Assembly: GCA_964016885.1 (NCBI GenBank)
Contig: OZ024742.1
Coordinates: 191,766,001-191,830,000 of the forward strand
Direction: 5' to 3'
Length of the DNA stretch: 64,000 nucleotides
From: Eledone cirrhosa
Lineage: Eukaryota
Positions 30,375 to 42,745 of the stretch are shown in pieces. The notes under the pieces were generated by a model, which worked only from the letters and a program-made list of their open reading frames with translations, searched no databases and was not told the origin of the DNA. Made by a program: the position numbers and the translations under genes. The first letter of the stretch is position 1; every line of letters begins with the position of its first letter.

Positions 30375-33218
30375 AATATATATATATATATGTGTGTGTA
30401 TGTCTGCGTATGTATTTGAGTTTATATGTGCGCGTGCGCTTGTATTTATGTGTATATATATACATACATGCATAAACAAATTTCGCTAACGATTTTGATC
30501 TTTAAAACCATAATTCATTATCGATTTCTTGAAACTGAAAAATCTGCTAGAAAATATTTTCCAAAGCCGAGTTAGTTGATCATTTTTCATTCTTTAGAAA
30601 ACCTGACAACATTTTGCATGAAACATTAGTTTTTTTCTTACCACCAACCCTAACCGTTTTCCACTCTATATAGTATATGAGCATATTCTCTTATTGTTTT
30701 CATTCATTTAGTCACCACCATGCTGGAGCAACTCCTTCATTTGATTTAGTGCACCTCAGTCCTTATTTGTTATTTTTTTTATTTTACTTTCAAGTATGTT
30801 ACTTTTTTCATCGTTGTTTATTAGGTGACCTGTTAATTTACGGACAAAGATAGAAGCACAGACACACGAACAGACGCTCACATGCATAGTTATATATGAT
30901 GGATTTACTCAGAGTTTCCGTCTACCAAGTTTTCACCCATATGGTATTGGTCAACCCGAGTTTATAGTACACCACGCTCTCCCAAAGTGCCTGCAGCGAG
31001 ACATAACCCGATACCTCATGGTTACGAAATAAGTTTTTTAACCAGACAGATGTATGTCTATTCCAATATATTTATTGAAATTTAAAGAGATATTCTAATA
31101 AATGTTGAGTAGTTAAGGGAATTTCTTGTTTTATTTAAATTCATGTCATGCACTTTGTCTACTTATTGTCTGAATCGATTGAATGATATCATAATCAATT
31201 AATATGATATTCTATGTCAATCCCTCAAATGTATTGTGTGACTGACACGTAAGAGACTTTTATCTCAAATATAACTATGTCGAACCACTGGAGACTATTC
31301 GCTATTGAACTATACTAAATCGTATCTTAATATATCATACAAATGTCACGCTAACTAAACAAAAGGAAAGTAAATTTAGTTTTGCTGAACCCGATTGTAA
31401 AATAGCGTGACCTGAAAAGAAAAATATATTTTATATCTGACAGAGCAATTCAGAGATTTATCTGATAAAAAGAGCTATCATTGTTTTGAAAAGGAACAAT
31501 TCCATATTGTATAGTTAATTAAGCATAGCATACTACTTACACAAAACTTATCATATAACAGTGTATTACTTGTATCAAACTCATCAACTTAAAGCACATT
31601 ATGTGTAATAAAGTCATGAAATGGGTGTATAATACTTATACTGAACTAGAGCATAATATATAATATGTAATCGAGTATCATTTAATTATAGTTAGAATGC
31701 TTTGCTAAAATGTCTAAACGGCCGCAAGCTGACTCACACAACCTCTCGACCCTACTTATGTTCATCCAGCGAAATATCCAGGATATAAAGGGTAGAAGTT
31801 AAAAAGACTGCACTAACAGTGGATTTGTACTATTTATTTTCTATTTCGAAAGAAGTAAAGTAGACCTGCTGCATGTGAACTGAGAGAACCGGAACAAATA
31901 TACGACACTCTAACAAGGCAGTTAAACTGACCACCTTTATACAATAAGGTCCAAAAAAGAACATATTATGATAAACATATCAAATGGCAGATTGTCTAAG
32001 GTGTAATAACTTGTGGCATTTGCCATGGCTCTCCACAAATTCAATTCAAATGAAGCCGAGACCAACTTTTCCTACCACCATTTTCGGTCGGTAATATAAA
32101 GTATCAGCCGTGGCCTAGTCTTAAGGATGCTGGAATTACGATCATAGTCGTGGGTTCCATTTCTAGGCTGGGTTGTGTTGTGTTCTTGAGCAAAAGACTT
32201 CATTGCATGTTGTTTCAGTATACTCAGCTGAAAATGAGTACTGTGGGTTTAACCCTGCGATGGACTGGCTTCATGACCAGTGGGGAGTCTTGTACTCTCA
32301 GTCGCTTCATGGCACGAAACCCGGATAAGCACCGGCCCGTGAACCTCATGAGTTGAGACAGACTTTAGACTAGACTAGAATCGGTGGTGAAGGATTGCTG
32401 GACATCTTAACGAGGCAAGCTATATAGTACGGTATATATTCTGAAGCTTTGCGTTCTGAGTTCAAATATCGCTGTGACAGATTAAGTAGTAGATCTAATT
32501 CTTTGTCCGGTAAAATGACTGTTTCTACTATTCGCACAAGGCCAGCAATTATCCCAGTGCATTACTGGTACTTTATTTTATCGACCTCGGAAGGATTAAA
32601 GGCAAAGTAACCTCGGCGGTATAATACCGCTACGTTTTCCTTGGGTTTCTTTAATGGCGTCCACTAGGTTGTAAGCATTCGCAACATGTCTCAAGTTGGA
32701 AGACACTGACCTTCCTCCTACCTGTCGTGCAAACTCTGAAGATGGTTATGGAGACTCTCTAACTAAACATTAACATAAAGTCGGATGCAGGTGAGAGGTA
32801 TGTATAGAGTTTTACAAGATAGAGCAGAAATTTGACTCAAAGAGGATAACGTTTTGTCGAAGTGTATCGAAACGTTTAAATCTTGCTCAATGTGTTTCCA
32901 ACTTTGTGACATTGGCAAGTGAAGGTAATAAATGAGAAAATATGTCCTGAAAACTCTCCAAAGAAAGCTTCCAGCAATGTCTCACGTATGGTTGGTTAGA
33001 CGCCATGGCACTCTAATCCATTCCATCGCTTTATAAATACATTAATATAGCTGCCAGAATGTGTGTATTAGTGTGTATGTATTCGCATATGCACACGGAT
33101 GCAGTGTATATAAATGTATATATAAATATATATATATACACATAGATACACACATACATATATACATAATATATTATACATAAATATATACGTAATATAT
33201 ATATACATGTACACACAA

Positions 33219-33273
<55 letters not shown>

Positions 33274-33358
33274 CATACATACATATATATAGTACAGATG
33301 CATACATAAACAGTCACAAAAAAGGTAGGTATGTATGCGTGAATGTGTGTGTATATAT

Positions 33359-33495
<137 letters not shown>

Positions 33496-35033
33496 TTCAC
33501 TCATACATACATTTTTTGTGACTGTTTATGTATGCATCTGTACTATATTTTCAGCTGTTGTCATGGTGAAATTAACATTCCAATGAGGTCAATATAAGAA
33601 ATGCCAATACCTCAACAGCGGGGTTTGCAACATTACCCCATCTCCTTCGTGGAGTAAAAAAAAAATTCTCTCCATGAGAGAAATCATTAGTCACGGCTGT
33701 TTATATGGAATGGACCTCCGTCGATTTCTACGATTAATATAGCTGTTGTTCTATCAGAGATAGGGCCTTATCTTCAAATTTAAGATTAAGTTACTGAGCA
33801 TTTCATAGATACGTGCAGTAACCATAAATCCCAAGGAGATTCGGTGTAACAAAGTGTGTGATAAGACTGACACTTTCTATTACAGGAACAGTCTCTCTGA
33901 CAGATTTCCAAACAGTTTCCGACTACCCTATTCCCTCACATATCATGGATCAATCGAAAGCTATGGTAGATGATACTTACCCAAGATGCTTTTCATTGTG
34001 AAGTAAAATTCTTAAGCATTTTGTCATACTGCGTTCAGTACGGTTGTTAATATCCAATATGTTTATTTAGCATGATTATTTAATTTCTAAATTATTTTTA
34101 TTTCATTTTAGGTGTTTTATTTAGTTACATCTCATTGTACCAGGCGCAAACATTGTTCTGCGCTTACAGAATTCATTTCACTACAGCATCGTGTCGGGTT
34201 CACACCCATTACGTTGCACCTAAGGCAAGTGTTTTCTACTATAGCTACGAATGGACCCATGCTTTGTGTGAAATTGTATAGAGAGAAACTTTGTCGAAAT
34301 CAGTCGCTTCATTTTCTACTTGCAATTCAATACGTTAACTATCTCATGTAATATATCACATTTAATTTCCATAAGAACTACATTAAGGGTGCAGGTGTTT
34401 ATGGAATGCTTAGGCATTTCGCCGTTAATTTCACGAGCAGACAGTTCTGTTGATAGAACAATTTGAAAAATTCATCCTTAAAATAGACTAGGATCCATAC
34501 CATTAGATTTTCTTGCACTTATTCTCATTGTGTCTTACTATTTACGCTATTGTTCCCATTTTCTGCTTGTGGCTTGTCTTAGCATTTAGTCCTTACATAT
34601 TTATTATTATCTCAACTGGAAATAATAACATACACCAGACACGAGAAAAATAAAAATAAATGAAAAGAAATGAAAAAGTGATGAACTGTTATTTGAAGTG
34701 AAATACTAGCTTTAGCTGCCCGTTTGTCCATAGCAAATTTTTCAATCGAGTAAATCGGGCAGCCATATTTTTTAGATTGCTTTTTTTTTGTTAGTTTTTT
34801 TACCTTTTACCTTCGACTTAATAAATTATCTGTAACTCTTCTTAACATGCAACCAGCAAGCAGACCCACTGACCTTATGCCTACACAGAAACATATACAC
34901 GCACATTCACACACGCTCTAACCACCATTTGTATGTGTGTATCTATATATTTATATATATATATGTATATATATATATGTATGTATATATATGCATGTAT
35001 ATATATGTGTGTGTGTATTTATATATATGCATC

Positions 35034-35090
<57 letters not shown>

Positions 35091-35459
35091 TTGTGTGTGT
35101 GTCGATAATGGCTTCTAAGTCTATGTTTTAAGAAGCTATTATGGTGGGAAAATGACGAAAACCCATTTTCAACAACAACACTAACAAAAACAACACCACC
35201 AACAATCAACCATTTTGGAAACGTTATGGCTACACGAGTTGTGTCAGCTGAAGGTAAAAAATGGGAGGAATTGATGTCGTGTCGTGTCGTAAAACACTGC
35301 TTTCTTGCCCAATGAGTTAGATGTAATGGCTGTGGCTGGAATTATCTTTCATCAACTGTCTGTACATTGGGTTGAACAACAACAGTAACTATAGCTGTAC
35401 CATAATTTTATTCCCCTACTCATACTCAGTCATTCTACCATATTTTCTAAAATAACAGC

Positions 35460-36640
35460 GTACGATAATAACAACAGTAACAATTGAAGCATCAACAACG
35501 ACGATAGTAACAACAACAGCAACAGAAACAACATCAACAATGGCGACAGTAACAACAACATCAACGACGATATGGAAATCATTCTATTAGTATTCTCTTT
35601 CTCCCCATTCCTTTCATATCACTCTCACATCATGTCCAACACCCTTCATTAGCTATCCGTCAACAAAGACAATCGTCATTAAAAACACCAACAAGAACAA
35701 CAACAGCAACAAAACTAATGGGAGCCGCAACAGTAAATTGAACGGCACCATTTACACAATAATAGCAGCATTAATAGAAAGTACGACAACTATAACTGTA
35801 GCTACAGCGGCAATTACAACAGCAGTAACAACATCAGCAACTAAAACTATAACAACAATGGCAATAAGAACAGCAGTAACTAGAGTAACAACGGCAATAA
35901 CAACAACAGCAGTAAAAACAACAACGATAAAAGCAACATCAGCAACAACTATTATAGAAGCAACAACTATAATAACAACAACAGCAGTAACAACATCAAA
36001 AATTATAGCTGTAGCAACAAAGGTGATAGCTATAGCTGTAGTAATAACAACAACAGCAGTAACAATAGACACTATAACTGTGGCAACAACAGCAATAAGA
36101 ACAATGACAGCAAAGTCACCAACAATATCAATACTATGCATTTACTAACCTGCCTCACACAAGCCTACCCCTTTTATCTTAAAATGCCTTATATTCTCTC
36201 CACCTTTCATTACTTCCAAAAGACCCTGGTCATTATCCTCATGAGCAACAACAGTGGTAACTACAACCACAACTATAATAACAATTACAAATGGAGCAGC
36301 AGCAACATCAAGAACAATAACAATAACTACAGCACCAAGAACTATGAAATAAAAGATATCAGCTCCAACAACAAAACCAACACAATACGAACAACAACAA
36401 AATAATTGTTTCTACTTGTGGCACAAGGCCAGCAATTATCCAAGTGTATTACTTCATACAACAACAAAATAATGACAATACTAACGACAGGTTCAACAGC
36501 GACAACAAAAATAACAATAAATACAGCAACTTTAACAACATAAATAATAGCAATTTCAGTAACACCACCAATTACAACACCAACCAACATCACCACCGCC
36601 AATACCAACACCAATAACAACAACATCAACAACAATGGCG
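35460..36640. repeat. Degenerate (ACA/GCA/ATA) trinucleotide low-complexity tract
   Basis: Directly visible; produces Thr-rich and Val-rich spurious ORFs. Confidence 0.8.
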
Positions 36641-37019
36641 GCTGCAGTATATTTAAAATATTTACAGCACGAGCATTGGTCCTTTACAAGCTAACCGCAG
36701 TTTCGTGTCGCACGAAGAGCTATTGGTCTCAGGAATTGTTACGAAGGAAGAATGGAAAAGAAGAGAAAGTAATACTTCTCTAGTGGCGGCTTTCACTATC
36801 ATCAATTAATGGTTCAGAAAGCAGAGGAGGAGTCAAGTTGTGGTAATAAATGGTGGCAATTATGATGGCTATTATGGTGGATATGAAGTGACGTTCTCAT
36901 TCTTTGACGGCGTTTCCATTAGTCTTACCGCAGTAATGATCGCAGAAAATATACTTACATCCGGTATGGAAAATAGCCACCTCGTTTCGTACTTCGTACA
37001 TCCTTACATGCATACATAC

Positions 37020-37144
<125 letters not shown>

Positions 37145-37300
37145 CGTACGTACATAGAATCCAATATACGTACCTACATATTTACCTAGTTACCTATCTA
37201 CATCCAGGTTGCAGCTCCTACAGGAGAATAATTTATACTATTCGTTGAAACCTACTTTCCTACAAACCGCACATGCATATTTAGGACACGTGTAATACAT

Positions 37301-37380
<80 letters not shown>

Positions 37381-37940
37381 CACACATATATATTGTTATA
37401 TTTGGGGAGGGTCATATTGTTCTAATTTTGTCAGAAATATTGATAAAACACATTCACTGTTTGATTTGGATTGGTTTTCGCTTCTGTATCTTTTTTATCT
37501 CCATAGTTAATTTGTCTGGCAATCAATGTTTATCATTGATTAACCAACGGTTAAAAATACAGGTATAAATATATATGTATATATATATATATTAGGTATA
37601 GGATTATCCTGGATGCAGTAATGATTAATTACTTCACTGGATAGAGTTGACGTACGGTGTGAGGTTACTCAACGAGTTATGGAAGAATAGTTGAAGAAAC
37701 TCAGTTCCTAATCCTTCTGTATTCCGGAGTGTAGATAAAAGAATGGCAGGTGTGTGACGAAAAAACATTGATAGACTATGTATATATATATATAAATATA
37801 TATAGTCTATCAACATTTTTTCGTCACACACCTGTCACATCATCAGTCGTATTATTATGCTTCTCCCGTTGTATTGTAGTCATTTTTTTTGAGTGCGTAT
37901 ATATATATGTACGTGTGTGTGTGTGTGTGTTTGTACGGTT

Positions 37941-37975
<35 letters not shown>

Positions 37976-38094
37976 CGGAGGAAATGTGGTAAGGAACCAG
38001 GTGGACCATAACGCACCAAAGTACTCAATACTTAGGGCAGTAGAGTGAGTAAATATATATATATATTATATATATATTATATAAATATAAATAT

Positions 38095-38148
<54 letters not shown>

Positions 38149-38670
38149 GTACACATTTTTACATATATAGAAAAAAATGATTATAATGGTTTATTTATTA
38201 GCTGCACAGTGTCCACATTACGAAAACAGTTAAGACAGCACTGAACAATGCAGTTGTCGGTATTATTACCAACAATATATAACAATAATAATTATGATAA
38301 TATTATCTATTACAACAACAATATTTCCAAATCAACCATAATAACAACAATGATAATTACAATTTATCATCACCATTACCACAATTATCACCGTCGTCCT
38401 TATTATTAAGTTATTAAGATAACAATAATAGCTATAAAAATAACAATAACACTGGTGATAGCAATATTAACGTACGTATTGAGTAACGTGTTTACTTGTG
38501 GTCAATTCCTGATACCCAACGGGAATCTACCCATTATATATATGAGTGTGTGTGTGTGTGTGTATGTGTGTGTGTGGGGGGGGGTGTATAGTAAGTTATA
38601 CGCGAATGTGAAGAAAGTAAACTGCTCAATCAGGAATGAAAGCTGATATATTACATTATTTATATACGTT

Positions 38671-38890
38671 GTGAAGGCGTGTGGCTGAGTGGTTAGAGAA
38701 TTGGATTCACAATCATGAGGTTGTGACTTCGAATCCCAGACCGGGCAATGTGTTATATCCTTGAGCAAGACACTTTATTTAACGTTGCTCCTTTTACCTG
38801 GAGTTGCGACCGATATATAGTATTAGCAATTAGAAAGACCGATGGAAACATTGTTTCCTCGGTCAGATTTGATGAAAGTCGATCGATCCT
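38671..38890 (+). mobile_element. tRNA-derived CORE-like SINE
   Basis: Close copy of 11694-11915. Confidence 0.75.
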
Positions 38891-38974
38891 TCCTTATAAA
38901 TGTTCAGTGTACAAACTATATATATATATAGTTTTGCGAGGTTTTTGATATGAAATAGTGTGTCGAAACAAATA

Positions 38975-39415
38975 TTGTTATATTTGGGGATGGTCATATT
39001 TGTGTAATAATATTGCCAGAATTAATAACAGAACACACTCACTGTTTGGTTGGTTTTCGCTTCTGTGTCTTTTATAAAGGTTAATTTAATTTATTCGGTC
39101 CTCAATGTTACCATCAAAAATACAGATATAATATAGACAAAAACACATATATATAGTCTAACAAAGTTCTTTCGTTACAGATGTTGCAGATGTGCAACGA
39201 AAGAACTTTGTTAGACTATATATATGTGTTTGTGTCTATATTATATCTGTATTTTTGACCGTTGGTCAGTCAATGGTAACATTGAGGACCGAATAAATTA
39301 AATTAACCGATATAAAATACACAGAAGCGAAAACCAACCAAACAGTGAGTGTGTTCTATTATTAATTCTGGCAATATTATTACAACAATATGACCATCCC
39401 CAAATATGACAATAT
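38975..39415. mobile_element. PLE pLTR fold-back (~200-bp arms)
   Basis: Inverted arms meet at ctttcgttacagatgttgcagatgtgcaacgaaag, which is hammerhead stem II of the 21056 family. Ends in (TA)n. Confidence 0.75.
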
Positions 39416-39556
39416 ATATATATATATATATATATTGGTAAACGGAATAGAAAATGCTGACAAATTGTTCACAGTTGAAAAATGGTTTAATTAGGAATAA
39501 AAGAGTATTAGTGATTGTATGGGTTAGTATTCAGTTGTGGTTTTAAGTTTTTAAGT

Positions 39557-39593
39557 TTTTACCGGTTGCGCATTTCTAAATGCTTTTCAAAAA
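39557..39593 (-). ncRNA. Minimal hammerhead variant (U3:A8, A13C) in pLTR
   Basis: UUU UUGAAAA GCAUUU AG AAAUGC GCAA CCGG UA AAA, identical at 44246-44282 (-), 48269-48305 (+) and ~21658-21695 (+). Confidence 0.6.
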
Positions 39594-39801
39594 TAATTTT
39601 GAGATAGAGTGTCCGTGCTGTTTGCTCTGATCTGATTAGTTTTGGGAATTCTACCTGTTTTTATGTTAAAAAAATGGTTCCAGCGTTATTTTTGTGTTGT
39701 AAAAATGCTTGTGGTCAAAACAATTTTGATTGGTCGGTAGAGGTCATGTGGATAAAAAATTGGTTTTGCGCCAAGATTGAGAAATGACTCTTTCACAACA
39801 A

Positions 39802-39839
<38 letters not shown>

Positions 39840-40064
39840 TAGTAGTAGTAAGGTGTTCGATGCTGCGACAATAGCCACCAGCGATGTGTGTCAAATGGCT
39901 ATTAAGATAAGTGTGTGTGTGTGTGTGTGTGTGTGTGCGTACATACACACAGCAGAGTCATTCGAAGGTCAAAAGATATTTTTCAGCTTTTGTCTTATAC
40001 GGAGAAGTGCGTGTGTGTGTGTGTGTGTGTGTGTATAAGTCTCTTTGTATGTTGATGTACGCGT

Positions 40065-40104
<40 letters not shown>

Positions 40105-40231
40105 GTGGGTGGACCAGTATTTTTTTCCCCCCTGGTAAAATGGTGTACATTATTCGATTTTTTCAGTAAAATCGGTTCTCTTAATAGAACATCAACAATC
40201 TTAACAATAAAAGGTGTGAAATGATATTCAC

Positions 40232-40282
<51 letters not shown>

Positions 40283-40460
40283 TTTCACTACATATATATA
40301 TATATATATATACATATATACATACATATATATGCACATATATTTTTTTGTATTGCACCATAGAGCATGTGTGTTTACGTGTGTCATTGTGTTTATATGT
40401 GGGTAGAGATGTGTGCTGATGTAGGTATGTATGTTGACGTGTGTATGTTGTGGGTTCGTC

Positions 40461-42608
40461 TTAGGGAGAAGTGTTTATACGGGGTCCGTATTTGTTAATG
40501 AAGTAAGATTCCTTGCTGATGCGCTGGGTGTGGGTGGCATTATCTTTAAATTTGTAGAGGGGAAAGATTCTGAAGTTGGGATGATTTTGGGCGGCGCAGG
40601 TATCAATGTGTTCACTCAGTGGTATTTTCCTGTATTCCCGTATTTTAATTTGGGATCTATGGACAGTCATGCGTTGGCGGAGGCTGTTTTTGGTCTGGCC
40701 TATGTATTGTTCTCGACAACCTGAACAAGTTAATACATATATTAAATTTTCCGATGCACATGTGAAATTGTGTTTTACTATAAAACGTTGTCCATCTTTG
40801 AAATAGAATTCCGAACCCTCTATTAGGTTGATGCAAATGCCACAGTTGGGTCTATCGCATTTTTTTACTTTGGGTTTCGTTGTTGTGGTTGGCAGTACTT
40901 TGGCATGTGTTAAGATGTTTTCCATTGACTTGGATTGTCTTTTGCTCTTTATGATATCGTGTGTTCGTAGAATTTGGTTCATTCTATGGTCCTTTTTCAA
41001 TACAGGGATGTTCTGGAGGATGGTGTCAAAGGCCTCGTTGTTGAGGGGGTTGTGTGTGGAGATGTATGGAAGAGCTTTTAGTTTTGGTTGATTTACTTTA
41101 GGGTGTCTAAGGTCCTGGGTACTGAGTTTTAGGGCACGTTGGATTCCATTGTCAATTAGTGATGCAGGGTAGTCCCTGCCTATGAGTGTGTCCTTTAGTT
41201 CTTGTAGCCGTAAGTAGCAGATGTTTTTATTGGAGACTATAGTACAGATTCTCTTGGCTAAGTTGTAGGGAATATTAATTTTAACGTGTCTAGGGTGGCA
41301 AGAGTTGAAGGGGAGGTATTGCTTGGAGTCTGTGGGCTTGTAGTATATGTCTGTTTCTATTTTTTTGTTATGGATCTTAATGAGGATGTCGAGGAAGGGG
41401 AGTTGTTGATGGCTGTATTCCATCGTGAAGTTAATATTTGTGTTGAGCCCATTTATAAGGGTGTGAAATTCTTTAAGTTTTTCGATGTTTTCGTGCCAAA
41501 GGATGAAGCAGTCATCAAGATATCGCTTCCAGTTCCTTTCAATGTGTAAGTGGAGGGTGTTTCCAAATTTGTTTAGGACTTTAGTGTAGAGGGTGATTTC
41601 CAGGTATCCCATGACTAGGTTGGCATACGTAGGGGCTGTTTTCGTTCCCATAGCGGTCCCAGATTTCTGCCTGTAGGGTTTGTTATTGAAAACGAAGTAA
41701 TTGTTCTCCAAGATAAATTTGAGTCCCTCTATCACGAATTCTTTTTTGATGCGTTGTGGGAGTTCATTGTGGAAGTTATCCAGCCAGAATTGGATAGCTT
41801 CTATTCCTAGGTTGTGGGGGATGTTGGAGTATAGGTTGACTACATCGAACGTCACTAGTAGGGTTTGTTCAGAAAGTGGCATATTAGGGAGGTGATTGAG
41901 CATATCTAGGTCGTCCCTTATATAGCTTTTGATGTGCTTGAGGAAGGGTTTGAGAAGGGTATCAATGAAGTTGCTAAGACGGTGCGTTTCGCAAGCGGGG
42001 CCTGCTATTATAGGTCTTAATTTGAGATCATTGGGTGAGGGGACATTGATGACTATGTCTGTGGCTTCCTTGCATGCCTTACTGATTGATTCGCTTTTAT
42101 GTACTTTAGGGATACCGTAGAAAAGGCTGGATTTACTTGTGAAGTCTGTGATGAAGCTGAATTCCTTGTTAGTGAGTCCTTCTTTGTATTGGTTGATTAG
42201 AGTTTTTAGGTTTCTCATAATTTTCTGTTGATTGTAGTGTTCAGCCTTTTCGTAGTATGTTTCGTTTTCCAAAGTGGAGAGCGCTAAGTTGATATAGAAT
42301 TCTGTCTCCATTAGGACTACTGTACTCCCTTTATCAGCCTCTTTAATTGTAATGGTTCTGTCGGTTTTTAATCTATTTAATTCTTCCCATTCTTTCTTGT
42401 TGAGGTTTGGCTTGTGTTTTTGTCTGTGCAAGTGTTGGTAAGGGAAGTTTGTGATGTGTTCACAGAATTCGTCCAGGATTTTATTTCTACCTTTTGAAGG
42501 GGTGTAATTGCTTCTATTTCTGGCTAATGATTCATCCTTATTGTACTGGTCGAATAGTTGTTCACTAAGTCGTAACTTTCTACAGAAGTCTGTGATGTCT
42601 TCCTTCAT
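40461..42608 (-). CDS. PLE reverse transcriptase plus GIY-YIG endonuclease (frame open upstream to 42815)
   Basis: ADKGS, LRPIIAG, FDVVNLYSNIP, GTAMGTKTAPTYANL, RYLDD, LPFLD, KPTD..SCHP thumb, CxxxxCxxC linker, LIYVLTC..QYIGQT. The in-frame IINLT..LLSKGLKFTPTP motif lies upstream of the first ATG. Confidence 0.95.
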   Translation of the reverse strand: MKEDITDFCRKLRLSEQLFDQYNKDESLARNRSNYTPSKGRNKILDEFCEHITNFPYQHLHRQKHKPNLNKKEWEELNRLKTDRTITIKEADKGSTVVLMETEFYINLALSTLENETYYEKAEHYNQQKIMRNLKTLINQYKEGLTNKEFSFITDFTSKSSLFYGIPKVHKSESISKACKEATDIVINVPSPNDLKLRPIIAGPACETHRLSNFIDTLLKPFLKHIKSYIRDDLDMLNHLPNMPLSEQTLLVTFDVVNLYSNIPHNLGIEAIQFWLDNFHNELPQRIKKEFVIEGLKFILENNYFVFNNKPYRQKSGTAMGTKTAPTYANLVMGYLEITLYTKVLNKFGNTLHLHIERNWKRYLDDCFILWHENIEKLKEFHTLINGLNTNINFTMEYSHQQLPFLDILIKIHNKKIETDIYYKPTDSKQYLPFNSCHPRHVKINIPYNLAKRICTIVSNKNICYLRLQELKDTLIGRDYPASLIDNGIQRALKLSTQDLRHPKVNQPKLKALPYISTHNPLNNEAFDTILQNIPVLKKDHRMNQILRTHDIIKSKRQSKSMENILTHAKVLPTTTTKPKVKKCDRPNCGICINLIEGSEFYFKDGQRFIVKHNFTCASENLIYVLTCSGCREQYIGQTKNSLRQRMTVHRSQIKIREYRKIPLSEHIDTCAAQNHPNFRIFPLYKFKDNATHTQRISKESYFINKYGPRINTSP

Positions 42609-42745
42609 TTCATAGTAGTTAGGACGTAGTGGGGTCGGTGTGAATTTAAGACCTTTGGAGAGTAAGTTGATAAGGTTGGGTGTTGGTTCTGCACTAGTAA
42701 GATTGATAATTTTTATTACTATCGGTTTCTCCTCCCTGTCTTGTG

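Noticed and set aside
35738-36635. Thr-rich mucin-like ORF and Val/Ile-rich antisense ORFs
   Set aside because: Degenerate trinucleotide repeat interrupted by stops, with no splice or domain evidence.
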